In this document: in pieces, positions 32,300-41,411 of the stretch
Layout of the letters: the number at the start of each line of letters is the position of its first letter
Numbering within the stretch: the first letter of the stretch is position 1
DNA from: an uncultured Chloroflexia bacterium
GTDB taxonomy: Bacteria > Chloroflexota > Limnocylindria > Limnocylindrales > CSP1-4
Direction of reading: 5' to 3'
DNA: 64,000 nt
NCBI GenBank assembly: GCA_963819655.1
Contig: CAWFXA010000002.1
Location: 1,728,137-1,792,136 of the forward strand
The notes under the pieces: model-generated
What the model saw: the letters and a program-made list of their open reading frames with translations, nothing else
What the model was told of the DNA's origin: nothing
Databases searched by the model: none
Made by a program: the position numbers and the translations under genes

Positions 32300-32538
32300 A
32301 TGCCCCAACAACTTGTCTATGTCCACGGTGCCGGGCCGCAGAAGCCCGCGTCGATCCTCAAGCACGATATCGACATGCGGGTCTTCGGCAAGGACATGTC
32401 GAGCGCGACGAGTTCGAGCCGCCCAAGAACATGCCCAAGGACGAACAGGTCAACAACCCGGCACCGGACAACCACGAGCTGATGGGCTACCTGTCGGTCG
32501 CGATCGTCCGCGACACGATCGTCGCAGCGGCAGAGTAG
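32300..32538 (+). pseudogene. Internally deleted paralog of the 17370 alpha/beta-hydrolase
   Basis: MPQQLVYVHGAGPQKPAS...DMS joined out of frame to DEFEPPKN...NHELMGYLSV...RDTIVAAAE*. Confidence 0.85.
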
Positions 32539-32551
32539 GGGACCACCACAC

Positions 32552-33628
32552 ATGGCCGGGCAGTTTCGACCACGAGCGGTGTTCCAGTTGCAGCGAGATC
32601 CGAAACATCCGACTGGCTCGCGATTGGGCGGCGTCAACTGCAACCCCACAGCCGGTGCCACGCTCGTCGCCTTCGTCACGTGTGGTGCCAAGCTGACGAC
32701 AGGTGCCGCCGTACGCGAGCTTACGAACGATACCGAGGGCGGGACAGTCCTAAGCACCGTAGTCGCGGCACTGCGCCGGGGTTTCGGGGTCGACATCGAC
32801 GTCGACACCGGGTCGTTCGAGCGGATCATCAAGGCCCTCGACTCACGTCGCGGCGTCACGCTCAGCGGGTCCAGCATCGCGACACGCGGGACGCGGTTCC
32901 AGGCGAGCGAGACGTTTGACGGCAACCACCAGTGGGCGCTGACGGACATCCGAACGGGGGATGGTGGGCGTCGTGAGATCCTCGTGTTCGATCCCTTGGC
33001 TGACGGCCGACGCCGTGGTATCGCCGTTTCGCCGATGTGGATTCCGGCGGGCATCGTCCGCGAGTTCGCGGGCAAGCTCGACCTGAGGTCCAAGGCAGAG
33101 AAGGCGGCGAAGCGGCCTCGCCGACTCCTCGGCGTAGGTCGGGCTACCTACGGCTTGACCGAGGTCGTCGCCTGCGCAGGAAAGGCGGTACCGGTGCCGC
33201 GCGTCCGGCTGCGGGCGGGTGCGTCCCTCGTGTATGGACAGGCCGGGCGCGACCGGGTAGTGGGCGTGGCGATCGCACGGATCCGCGAACGGCCGACGAC
33301 GACCTCGGACATCGTCGGTCGCAAGCGTGCCGGCGACACGTTCCGGGCGTTCCAGCGCATCAAGGGCCAGCGTGTCGCGGGCGCCCCGATCTGGCTCGGC
33401 GACCGCACAGGCGAGCGATGGATGCATGCGTCGCTGTTCCGTGCCCTATCCCAGGTCGCCGAACCTGGGGTCGGCCAGGTCGGGGAGGACCCCGAGGCCG
33501 TTGCTATCCCGGATGCCGCGGATGATCAGGGGACCGTCGACGAGTTGCTCGAGGGGGCCGAGGACGGCGTCGACGAGGAGGTCGTCGACGAGGTCGCGGG
33601 CGAGTCGACGGAGCCCCTGCCCGGCTAG
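32552..33628 (+). CDS. Putative C39-like papain-fold peptidase with SH3b-like domain and acidic tail
   Basis: Q...NC, GNH, VFDP order typical of C39; ARIRERPTTTSDIVG...W SH3-like pattern. Confidence 0.55.
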   Translation: MAGQFRPRAVFQLQRDPKHPTGSRLGGVNCNPTAGATLVAFVTCGAKLTTGAAVRELTNDTEGGTVLSTVVAALRRGFGVDIDVDTGSFERIIKALDSRRGVTLSGSSIATRGTRFQASETFDGNHQWALTDIRTGDGGRREILVFDPLADGRRRGIAVSPMWIPAGIVREFAGKLDLRSKAEKAAKRPRRLLGVGRATYGLTEVVACAGKAVPVPRVRLRAGASLVYGQAGRDRVVGVAIARIRERPTTTSDIVGRKRAGDTFRAFQRIKGQRVAGAPIWLGDRTGERWMHASLFRALSQVAEPGVGQVGEDPEAVAIPDAADDQGTVDELLEGAEDGVDEEVVDEVAGESTEPLPG

Positions 33629-33714
33629 GCCGGGTGAACGCCACAGGCTCCACGGTTGTCCGGCCGCGTACCATCGGTCGAGAACGGCCTCGGCTGAAAG
33701 ACGGGGGAGTTACC

Positions 33715-35502
33715 ATGGCAGACGTTCGAGGCAACCCCTGGGAGCACGATCCTGGCCCACTCTCAGGGAGCGGCTGGGCGGAGCTCTTCGCCGCTACCCC
33801 GAACTACCGCGGACTCGGTCGGGAGGTCATCGGGCGCGAAGCGTTCCGTTGGCACCATGGTCCGATGTTCTACCGCGGTCGCCTCGACGGGTCTGCCAAG
33901 GTCATGGTGGTCGGCCAGGAGGGCGCCCAGGACGAGTCGCTCGCGCACCGTTCCTTCACCGGCGGGACCGGCGCTCGCATGCAGCATCTGCTGCGGTTCC
34001 TCGGGCTCGATCGCTCGTACTTGTTCGTGAATTCGTTCGTCTATCCGATCTTCGGTCAGTACACCCTCGACCTTCGAACGCTGGCCCAGGATCCTCGATC
34101 GCCGATCGTGACCCATCGCCACCGGATCTATAACAAGGCGGTGGTCGACGGCGACGTTCGCCTCGTCATCGCGGTCGGTCGCGCGGCGAAGGAGTCCGTG
34201 GCCACGTGGATCGAGTCGCACGGAGGGACGGCCCAACCCGAGGCCCTGCATACGGCATTGCTGGGCACCCTGCCGAACCTGCTTCGAGTCGTCGGTGTCC
34301 TGCATCCGGGAAGCGTGTCGGGCTCGACCAAACCCATCAGGGATGACTTCGTGCGCGCCATCGGGCGTGTCCGCACATGGCTTCAGGCCGACCCGGGCTG
34401 GCTGCCCACCGATCCGGGCATGACGCGGAACCTCACGGCCTCATTCCCGTACTCCTCGGCCGCGATCCCGTTCCGAGACTTCCCCTTCGGGACCTGCCCG
34501 CGCCTGGGGCGGGGCGGGACCTCGAGCAACCGCAGCGACGAACAACGGGCGATCCGGTTGTTCTCGGCAGCTGGCAGATACAACGCTTCGGGCGCTCACC
34601 TGACCGATCCTTCGTCGGCTGCCGGGAACGACGAGGGGTACGACGACGACCCGGGGGACCTGCCATACGAGCCGCCGCGCGCCAAGCCGCTCGCGTTCGA
34701 CGCTGGCCCGCCGGCTGACCTGGCGCGCCTGTTGATGGGTGCTGAGCCGGGTTTCGAGTGGCCCGATTTCGCGTCGCTCGGCGTGACCGCACACCCCTCG
34801 TTCGGGGTAGGGCCGATCTATCGTGGCCGGTTTCGAAACCTGAGCCTCGTGATCCTCGCCGATCAGCGGTCAGCGGACGACACCTTCACCGGCCGAGCCC
34901 TCTCGGGCGATGCGGGCCAACGCTTCCAGGGAGTCCTACGCGCGGCCGGTCTGACCAAGCGCTACCTGGTCATCCGCACCCTGCCCATCGACACCGTGGA
35001 TCTCACCGCGGCCAAGCGCGCCGCGCTGGTCGATCACCCCAAGGTACGAACGCTGCATCGCGAACTCCTGAGCCGCGTCCGCTCCGCGAACGGCGGGGTC
35101 ACCGCGCTCCTCGCGACGGGCCCCGGCGCTCGACGGCTCGCCCCGAGTGTGGTTCCGGCCGGGATCGATGTGATCGAGCTCGCGGCGCACGGGGAGCCGG
35201 GGTTCCAGGCGTCCTGGCAGGCGGCGCTGACGCAGCTTGCCGCACGCGCGTACACCAAGGACCTTGCAAATCCCACATTCGATGCCCCGACCGGCCGCAG
35301 TCAGATCCCACGGATCGACCTGCCCTATGGCACCCCGCGATGGGTCGGGAGCTCGGGCGATCGAGGCGTGCGGCCGGTGGACACCGACATCGACAAGCCA
35401 TCGCCGGACTATCTGAAGCTGTTCCTGCCGGCATGGGTCGCGGCACTCGCGCCGGCGCCGTTGAGCCCGGCGGAGCAGACCGCGGCCGATCAGCTCAGCT
35501 GA
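33715..35502 (+). CDS. Protein with two tandem uracil-DNA-glycosylase-superfamily domains
   Basis: FYRGR...VVGQEGAQDE...FTGGTG...VN...HP, then degenerate IYRGR...LADQ...LSGDAG. Confidence 0.75.
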   Translation: MADVRGNPWEHDPGPLSGSGWAELFAATPNYRGLGREVIGREAFRWHHGPMFYRGRLDGSAKVMVVGQEGAQDESLAHRSFTGGTGARMQHLLRFLGLDRSYLFVNSFVYPIFGQYTLDLRTLAQDPRSPIVTHRHRIYNKAVVDGDVRLVIAVGRAAKESVATWIESHGGTAQPEALHTALLGTLPNLLRVVGVLHPGSVSGSTKPIRDDFVRAIGRVRTWLQADPGWLPTDPGMTRNLTASFPYSSAAIPFRDFPFGTCPRLGRGGTSSNRSDEQRAIRLFSAAGRYNASGAHLTDPSSAAGNDEGYDDDPGDLPYEPPRAKPLAFDAGPPADLARLLMGAEPGFEWPDFASLGVTAHPSFGVGPIYRGRFRNLSLVILADQRSADDTFTGRALSGDAGQRFQGVLRAAGLTKRYLVIRTLPIDTVDLTAAKRAALVDHPKVRTLHRELLSRVRSANGGVTALLATGPGARRLAPSVVPAGIDVIELAAHGEPGFQASWQAALTQLAARAYTKDLANPTFDAPTGRSQIPRIDLPYGTPRWVGSSGDRGVRPVDTDIDKPSPDYLKLFLPAWVAALAPAPLSPAEQTAADQLS

Positions 35503-35504
35503 CG

Positions 35505-38500
35505 ATGCCCGCTGCCCCGCTTCCCCGCTATGGATTGCGCGGGCGCGTGGTCACGATGAACGCCGGACGCGACGTGATCGCGGACGGCATCGTGTGGCTT
35601 GCCGACGGCTCGATCAGCGACGTGACACCGGCGAACCAGACGCCGGCCGCCCACGCTGGGTCGCCGGTCGTCGCCACGGCCGGCACGATCTACCCGGGCA
35701 TGATCGAGCTCCACAACCACCTCGCCTATAACACGCTGCCGCTGTTCAGGATCCCGCGGCTCTACACGAAGCGAGAGGAGTGGCAGGGTACCCGCGGGTA
35801 CCGGCGGTACGTCAGCGGTCCCGCGGGGGTCGTCGCGTCGGTGCCCGACCTGATCCGGGCGACGGTCCGCTACGTCGAGTGCAAGAGCCTGATCGCAGGC
35901 ACGACGACATCCCAGGGGCTGACCCTGCGCTCGACCCCGATCAAGCACCTCTACAAGGGCATCGTCCGTAATGCCGAGCAACCGGACGCGGCCGGCCTGG
36001 ACGCTGCGCGACCCAAGATCGGCGACGTGACCCCGGAGGGCCGGGAGGCGTTCCGCAAGTCGCTGGCCGGTAAGGGTGCCCGGATCGTCCATCTGGCCGA
36101 GGGGCTCTCGACCTCGAAGGCCCACGACCACTTCACCGACCTCCAGGCGCCCAACGGCACGTGGGCGATCGGGCCAAAGTTCGTAGGCATCCATTCGACG
36201 GCCCTCACCCCGCCCGACCTCGCCATCGTCGACCAGCTTGGCGGATCCATCGTCTGGTCGCCGTTCAGCAACCTCGCCCTGTATGGCGGGACGACCGACG
36301 CCAAGACCGCCATGGACCTCGGGATCAAGGTCGCCCTCGGCTCTGATTGGTCGCCGACCGCGAGCAAGAACCTGCTCCATGAGCTCAAGGTCGCGCGCAT
36401 CTGGAGTGACGACCAGCAGCTCGGCATCACCGACCGCCAGCTCATCGAGATGGTGACGGTGACGCCGGCGGAGATCCTCGGCTGGCAGAGTCGACTGGGC
36501 TCGCTCGAACCAGGCAGGCTCGCCGACGTCACTGTTGTTTCGGGCAAGACGGGTGAGCCGTATCGTCATCTGATCGACGCAACCGAGTCGGATATCCGTC
36601 TGGTCGTGATCGGTGGGATCGCCCGCTATGCGACACCTGCCTTGCTGGCGAAACTCAGCCCCGTTGACGAACACGCCGACGTCGCGGGCAAGCCACGGGC
36701 GTTCCACCTCGATCTGAACGATCCCGATCCGGTCCTCGGTCCGATCGGGCTCACCGACGCGACGGCGACCCTTGCCGATGCGCTCGCGCACATGCCGGAG
36801 CGCGCCGCCGCGATCGGCTCCGTCGAGCTCGGGATCGTGGCCGCCCAGGCCGTGGCCGGTGCGGACGCCGACGAGCGCTGGTTCCTGGAACTCGACCAGC
36901 CACCGATCGCTGGCGTCGAGGCCACGCTGTTCGACGGCCTCGCCCCGGCCTTGCTGGACGTCGTGATCGGCGCCGAGAGCTTCGCCTCGATCGCAGTTGC
37001 CCTCAAGCTCGATCCCCTCGCCACCGAAGGCGACGACGCGTTCTTCGACATGCTGGCCAACCTCGAGAACCTCCCGGCAGTCCTCCGGGACACGCTGCCG
37101 GGCCGCTATGGCGAGGTGCCGCGGGCTCCCACGGAGGGGGTCGGGCTCGAGGACGATGACCTGTCGATCGCGCCGCTCACGTTGCCGGAGTTGCTCGAGC
37201 GCGAGGGCGACCTGACACTCGCCGATCGACGACTGATCGTCCAGCAGGCGATCGTCCTGATCGATCAAGCCTACGTCCACCTGCCGATGAAACGGGCGAG
37301 GTATGCGGCAGACCCGCTGCAACGCCTCCGACTGATGGCGCACCGACTCGAAGCCCTGGCGCCCGACGAGCTGGGCCCCGAGAGCCAGTTCCATGAGGAA
37401 CTGATCACGATCTTCACGGGCCTGCGCGACCTGCACACCCACTACGTCCCACCCGAGCCCTATCGCTCGCACACGGTGTACCTGCCGTTCCTCGTCGAGG
37501 AGTGCACGCGGGCGGGCCGGCTGCAGTACCTCGTGTCCAAGGTCGCCAGGGGCTCCGATCTCGACCCCTCATTCGCTCAGGGGTCGGAGGTCACGCACTG
37601 GAACGGCACACCGATCCGACGGGCCATCGAGCGGAATGCCGAGAATCAGGGCGGCGGCAACCGGGCGGCTCGGATGGCACGCGGGCTCGACGCGCTGACG
37701 ATCCGGACACTCGGGCGCACGGCGCCACCGGACGAGGACTGGGTCGATGTGACCTACCGGACTCCAGACGGAGACGAGCGCATGGTTCGCACCCGCTGGA
37801 GCACCTACCAGCCGCTCGAGCCGTCGCCCTTCGGGGATCTTGAGCAAGCGTTCGCGAGCGCCGTCCCAGTCAGGTCGGGGAATCGCGGCCGGCTCGGCGC
37901 GCTCGGTGTCGACGACCAGACCGCGACGGTCAACCTGGTCCGGCGCGACCTCTTCGCCCGCGGGTGGCAGCAGACGCCGACCGCCGGGTCGGGCGAGTTG
38001 GTCACCGAGCTGCCCGGGATCATGCGCGCCAGGGTCCGCGAGACGAGCGCCGGGGATGTCCTGCACTTGCGGATCTTCACGTTCGTGGTCCCCGATCCCG
38101 GGACATTCGTCCAGGAATTCGTGCGCCTGGTCCAGGCCCGACCCACGGTCGGCTTGATCGTGGACGTCAGAGGCAACGGTGGGGGCGACATCCGCGCCGC
38201 GGAGCGCCTGTTGCAGGTCATGACGCCCCAGCCGATCAGGCCCGAACCGACGCAGTTCATCGTCAGCCCGTTGGTTCGTCGCCTGTGCGTGGCCAACGAT
38301 CGTGACCCGATCGACCTCACGTCCTGGGCCTCTTCTGTCTTCGAGGCCGTGGAGACCGGTGCCACGTTCTCGACCGGGTTCCCGATCACGTCGGCGGAAG
38401 ATGTCAACGACCTCGGCCAGGCCTATTACGGGCCGGTCGTCCTGATCACGGATGCCCGCTGCTATAGCGCTACGGACATCTTCGCCGCCGGTTTCCAGGA

Positions 38501-39053
38501 CCATGACATCGGGCCGATCGTCGGAGTCGCCGACCGTACCGGTGCCGGCGGTGCGAACGTGTGGACGCACCGCCTGCTTCGGGAGCTCCTACCCACTCAG
38601 GACAATCCGCTCAGGGAGCTTCCGAGGCAGGCCTCTTTCCGCGTGGCGGTACGCCGAACCACCCGTGTCGGCGCGCACTCCAGCGAGCTCCTCGAGGACC
38701 TCGGCGTCATAGCTGACAAGGTGCACGCCATCACGGACAACGATCTGCTCGAGGACAATCGTGACCTGATCGAAGCCGCCGTCGCCGAGATGCAGGGACG
38801 CGCGACGAGACGATTGCTGGCCGACGTGTCGGTGGCCGGCGACAGCGTCACCATCGACGTGGCCACGACGAGCTTGGACCGGGTCGATGCCTATCTCGAC
38901 GGTCGACCAGTCGCTTCCAAAGACGTGCAAGACGATCAATGTACCTTCGTCCTTCCCAGATCCCTGACCGGCGATCGCGGGGAGTTGCGGCTGGAAGGGT
39001 TTCAGGGCGGGACGCTCGGCGCCGCGAGGCGACTGGTCATCCCGAGCGGATGA
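35505..39053 (+). CDS. Amidohydrolase (deaminase-like) fused to S41 tail-specific-protease domain
   Basis: PGMIELHNH, VHLAEG, GIHS, ALGSDW, GSLEPGRLAD; then DLHT, DVRGNGGG, YSATDIFA, TGAGGA in one ORF. Confidence 0.88.
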   Translation: MPAAPLPRYGLRGRVVTMNAGRDVIADGIVWLADGSISDVTPANQTPAAHAGSPVVATAGTIYPGMIELHNHLAYNTLPLFRIPRLYTKREEWQGTRGYRRYVSGPAGVVASVPDLIRATVRYVECKSLIAGTTTSQGLTLRSTPIKHLYKGIVRNAEQPDAAGLDAARPKIGDVTPEGREAFRKSLAGKGARIVHLAEGLSTSKAHDHFTDLQAPNGTWAIGPKFVGIHSTALTPPDLAIVDQLGGSIVWSPFSNLALYGGTTDAKTAMDLGIKVALGSDWSPTASKNLLHELKVARIWSDDQQLGITDRQLIEMVTVTPAEILGWQSRLGSLEPGRLADVTVVSGKTGEPYRHLIDATESDIRLVVIGGIARYATPALLAKLSPVDEHADVAGKPRAFHLDLNDPDPVLGPIGLTDATATLADALAHMPERAAAIGSVELGIVAAQAVAGADADERWFLELDQPPIAGVEATLFDGLAPALLDVVIGAESFASIAVALKLDPLATEGDDAFFDMLANLENLPAVLRDTLPGRYGEVPRAPTEGVGLEDDDLSIAPLTLPELLEREGDLTLADRRLIVQQAIVLIDQAYVHLPMKRARYAADPLQRLRLMAHRLEALAPDELGPESQFHEELITIFTGLRDLHTHYVPPEPYRSHTVYLPFLVEECTRAGRLQYLVSKVARGSDLDPSFAQGSEVTHWNGTPIRRAIERNAENQGGGNRAARMARGLDALTIRTLGRTAPPDEDWVDVTYRTPDGDERMVRTRWSTYQPLEPSPFGDLEQAFASAVPVRSGNRGRLGALGVDDQTATVNLVRRDLFARGWQQTPTAGSGELVTELPGIMRARVRETSAGDVLHLRIFTFVVPDPGTFVQEFVRLVQARPTVGLIVDVRGNGGGDIRAAERLLQVMTPQPIRPEPTQFIVSPLVRRLCVANDRDPIDLTSWASSVFEAVETGATFSTGFPITSAEDVNDLGQAYYGPVVLITDARCYSATDIFAAGFQDHDIGPIVGVADRTGAGGANVWTHRLLRELLPTQDNPLRELPRQASFRVAVRRTTRVGAHSSELLEDLGVIADKVHAITDNDLLEDNRDLIEAAVAEMQGRATRRLLADVSVAGDSVTIDVATTSLDRVDAYLDGRPVASKDVQDDQCTFVLPRSLTGDRGELRLEGFQGGTLGAARRLVIPSG

Positions 39054-39088
39054 GGGCCGTCGACCACATCGCCGAGCCGGTGGGGGCG

Positions 39089-39427
39089 TCAGCCCTCGGG
39101 TTCGGCCTCCTCGTCGCCCCACGACCTACCCTCTCCGATCCGCGTCCGGCGCGATCGCTGGAATGCCGCGGACTGGCGCAGGTTCCATGCCTTTACACCC
39201 ATCCGAGCGACCTCGTCAAGACCGCCCAGGTCCTCCGGAACGGGGCCCTCGTAGACCTTTGCGATCTCGGACGTTTCGCCGGATCCGGCCGCCCCGCCTT
39301 CCGGGAACTCGACGACCAGTGCCCGATCCCCGTACGCCTGGACCGCGCGACCGCCGGCGACTTCGAGCCACGCCCGCAGGTCGTCGGGAGAAGCGGCGGG
39401 GGCCAGGACCACGAAGTACTCGACCAT
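39089..39427 (-). CDS. Stand-alone homolog of the N-terminal domain of the adjacent metalloprotease
   Basis: YGDRALVVE...GVKAWNLR...GRSW vs YGSRVLIGE...GLAAWNLR...GQRW. Confidence 0.8.
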   Translation of the reverse strand: MVEYFVVLAPAASPDDLRAWLEVAGGRAVQAYGDRALVVEFPEGGAAGSGETSEIAKVYEGPVPEDLGGLDEVARMGVKAWNLRQSAAFQRSRRTRIGEGRSWGDEEAEPEG

Positions 39428-39472
39428 CGATCACACGTTCTTCCGGACCAGGGGACGCTCGGAGGATAGAAC

Positions 39473-40918
39473 ATGGCGAAGCGTGACGAGATCGCCCGGC
39501 AGGGACTCATCATCCTCGACGCCAAAGGCGTCGCCGACAACCGCGGAACCGCGGGACGGCTCGAGGACGTCGGTGTGAGCGTCCTCCACCGCTACGGTTC
39601 GCGGGTCCTCATCGGTGAGGTTCCGCCAGCGGGTGGCCGGGGCGTGGCTGCCAAGCGAGGCGTGCGCTCGTTCCACGCGGGCGCCGTGCGTGACAAGCCG
39701 CGTGGCCTGAGCGAGGCGGAGGCCGTCGGGCTGGCGGCGTGGAATTTGCGCGTCTCGCGGCGGTACGCCACTGCCAAGGCAAAGCGGCCACTCGACGGTC
39801 AGCGCTGGGATGCCGCGGGCGTCACCCCGCTCATCCCGCCAGACGGCCCGCTCATGACCCACGTCGACGATGAGGGGCCGGCCCGCGCGTTCGGCCCGGT
39901 GGGCGAGGAAACCAGCGCCTATCTCATCGGCGCCGTCGCCGTGGGGCTCATCCTCGTGGAGGGTCCCACAGCGGACCTGCAGTTCAGCGAGGCTGAGCGC
40001 ACCAAGGTCGTCGCCGAGGTCCAGGAGGGATTGACCTGGCTCGGCAGCCAAGAAGCCAAGGCTGGTGTCTCCTTCGCCTATGACATCCGGATCGTGCGGG
40101 TGGATCGAGCCCCGAACCCGGCGCTCAGCGGCTACGAGCCGCTCGAATCGCACTGGCGCGACCCCGCCATGGCGAAGATCGGGTTCGCTCCGAACTTCGG
40201 GGGCGTCAAGGAGTACGTCAAGGCCATCCGCGCCAACCTCGCCACGAAATGGGGCTACGTCGCCTTCTTCACGAAGTACCCGGTCCAACACTTCGCCTAT
40301 GCCTCCAAGCCGCGCCTGGTCATGCACTACGACAACGACGGCTGGGGGCCCGACAACATCGACCGCGTCTTCACGCACGAGACCGGCCACATCTTCGGCT
40401 GCCCTGACGAGTACGCGGCCAGCAACTGCTCGTGCACTACGAAGGCGGGCCACCTGCGGGAGGTCAACGGCAACTGCCAGAACTGTGCGACGTCCTTCAC
40501 GCCGTGCCTCATGGCGGGTAACACCTGGGCGATGTGCGCCTTCACCCCTGTCCACCTTGGCTGGCGCGATACCGATGGTGACGGCGCGCTGGACCCGGTC
40601 GATCCGGTCGGGAACGCGAACCCCCTAATCGATCTGGGCGGGTTCTGTTCGCGGTTCCCGTTCATCTGCCGGCTGGTCGGCCTCGGCGCCACAGCCGGCG
40701 CCGAGGCGGGCGCCACGTTCGGGATGGCAGGTGCGATCGCCCGGGAGCCACGGCCCGAGTCGGTCTCGGTCGAGTTGCTCCGCCAGGTCCTGACGACGGA
40801 CGAGATGGCTCGGGTCGAGGCCGCGGTCCAGGCCGAGGAGAACCACTACCTGGAATCACTCGAGCGCAAGCTGCGGGCGGCCGCGGACCAGATCGCCAGC
40901 GAGCGGGCCCGTCGCTGA
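39473..40918 (+). CDS. Metzincin-type zinc metalloprotease, no signal peptide
   Basis: HETGHIFGCPDEY, CLM Met-turn, Cys-rich segment, DTDGDG Ca-binding motif; GGAGG SD. Confidence 0.88.
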   Translation: MAKRDEIARQGLIILDAKGVADNRGTAGRLEDVGVSVLHRYGSRVLIGEVPPAGGRGVAAKRGVRSFHAGAVRDKPRGLSEAEAVGLAAWNLRVSRRYATAKAKRPLDGQRWDAAGVTPLIPPDGPLMTHVDDEGPARAFGPVGEETSAYLIGAVAVGLILVEGPTADLQFSEAERTKVVAEVQEGLTWLGSQEAKAGVSFAYDIRIVRVDRAPNPALSGYEPLESHWRDPAMAKIGFAPNFGGVKEYVKAIRANLATKWGYVAFFTKYPVQHFAYASKPRLVMHYDNDGWGPDNIDRVFTHETGHIFGCPDEYAASNCSCTTKAGHLREVNGNCQNCATSFTPCLMAGNTWAMCAFTPVHLGWRDTDGDGALDPVDPVGNANPLIDLGGFCSRFPFICRLVGLGATAGAEAGATFGMAGAIAREPRPESVSVELLRQVLTTDEMARVEAAVQAEENHYLESLERKLRAAADQIASERARR

Positions 40919-41388
40919 TGGATGCAGCGGAGTTCGAGCGCGAGGTCCTGGCGAAGTCGGCGGGCGGCGACGGTCCGGAGCTGGCCGGACCGGTCCGTGT
41001 CATCGACTCGGTCAAGGGCGACGCTGGGAGCTCGACGTACAACGTTTCGGCGTCGTACCTGGTCCCCATCGACGACGACGATCCGGATCTGGCCGGGGTC
41101 TCCATCCAGGTCCCGGTGACGGCCGCCGTCGAGGTCGACGGCGAAGGAGCGATCGTCGGGATCGATGTTCCGGTCGACCCGGAGGCCCAGCGCGAGGCGA
41201 GGGCGTTCACCCGCAACCTGATCGCTCGTGGGGCTGTCAGCGGGTTGGCGGCAAGCGGCCCCGTACGACGCGGTCCCGGGCCAGCCACCCGCCCGACACA
41301 CGAACTGACCCTCGACGAATCCGGTCGGCGGGTGATCCGCCGGACCGGTTTCACGGCCGCGGGCGCGCCGACTGCGCCCGAAGGATGA
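40918..41388 (+). CDS. Stand-alone homolog of the C-terminal domain of the downstream M4/M36-like protease
   Basis: ARAFTRNLIARG...PTHEL...RTGF vs ARAFARSLIANG...PSHEI...RVGF. Confidence 0.8.
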   Translation: MDAAEFEREVLAKSAGGDGPELAGPVRVIDSVKGDAGSSTYNVSASYLVPIDDDDPDLAGVSIQVPVTAAVEVDGEGAIVGIDVPVDPEAQREARAFTRNLIARGAVSGLAASGPVRRGPGPATRPTHELTLDESGRRVIRRTGFTAAGAPTAPEG

Positions 41389-41411
41389 GAAGCGAGCCAA
41401 AGGAGCGTCCC

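Noticed and set aside
35490-37472. Long antisense and alternate-frame ORFs throughout the window
   Set aside because: Expected shadow ORFs in high-GC DNA; Arg/Pro-rich with no motifs
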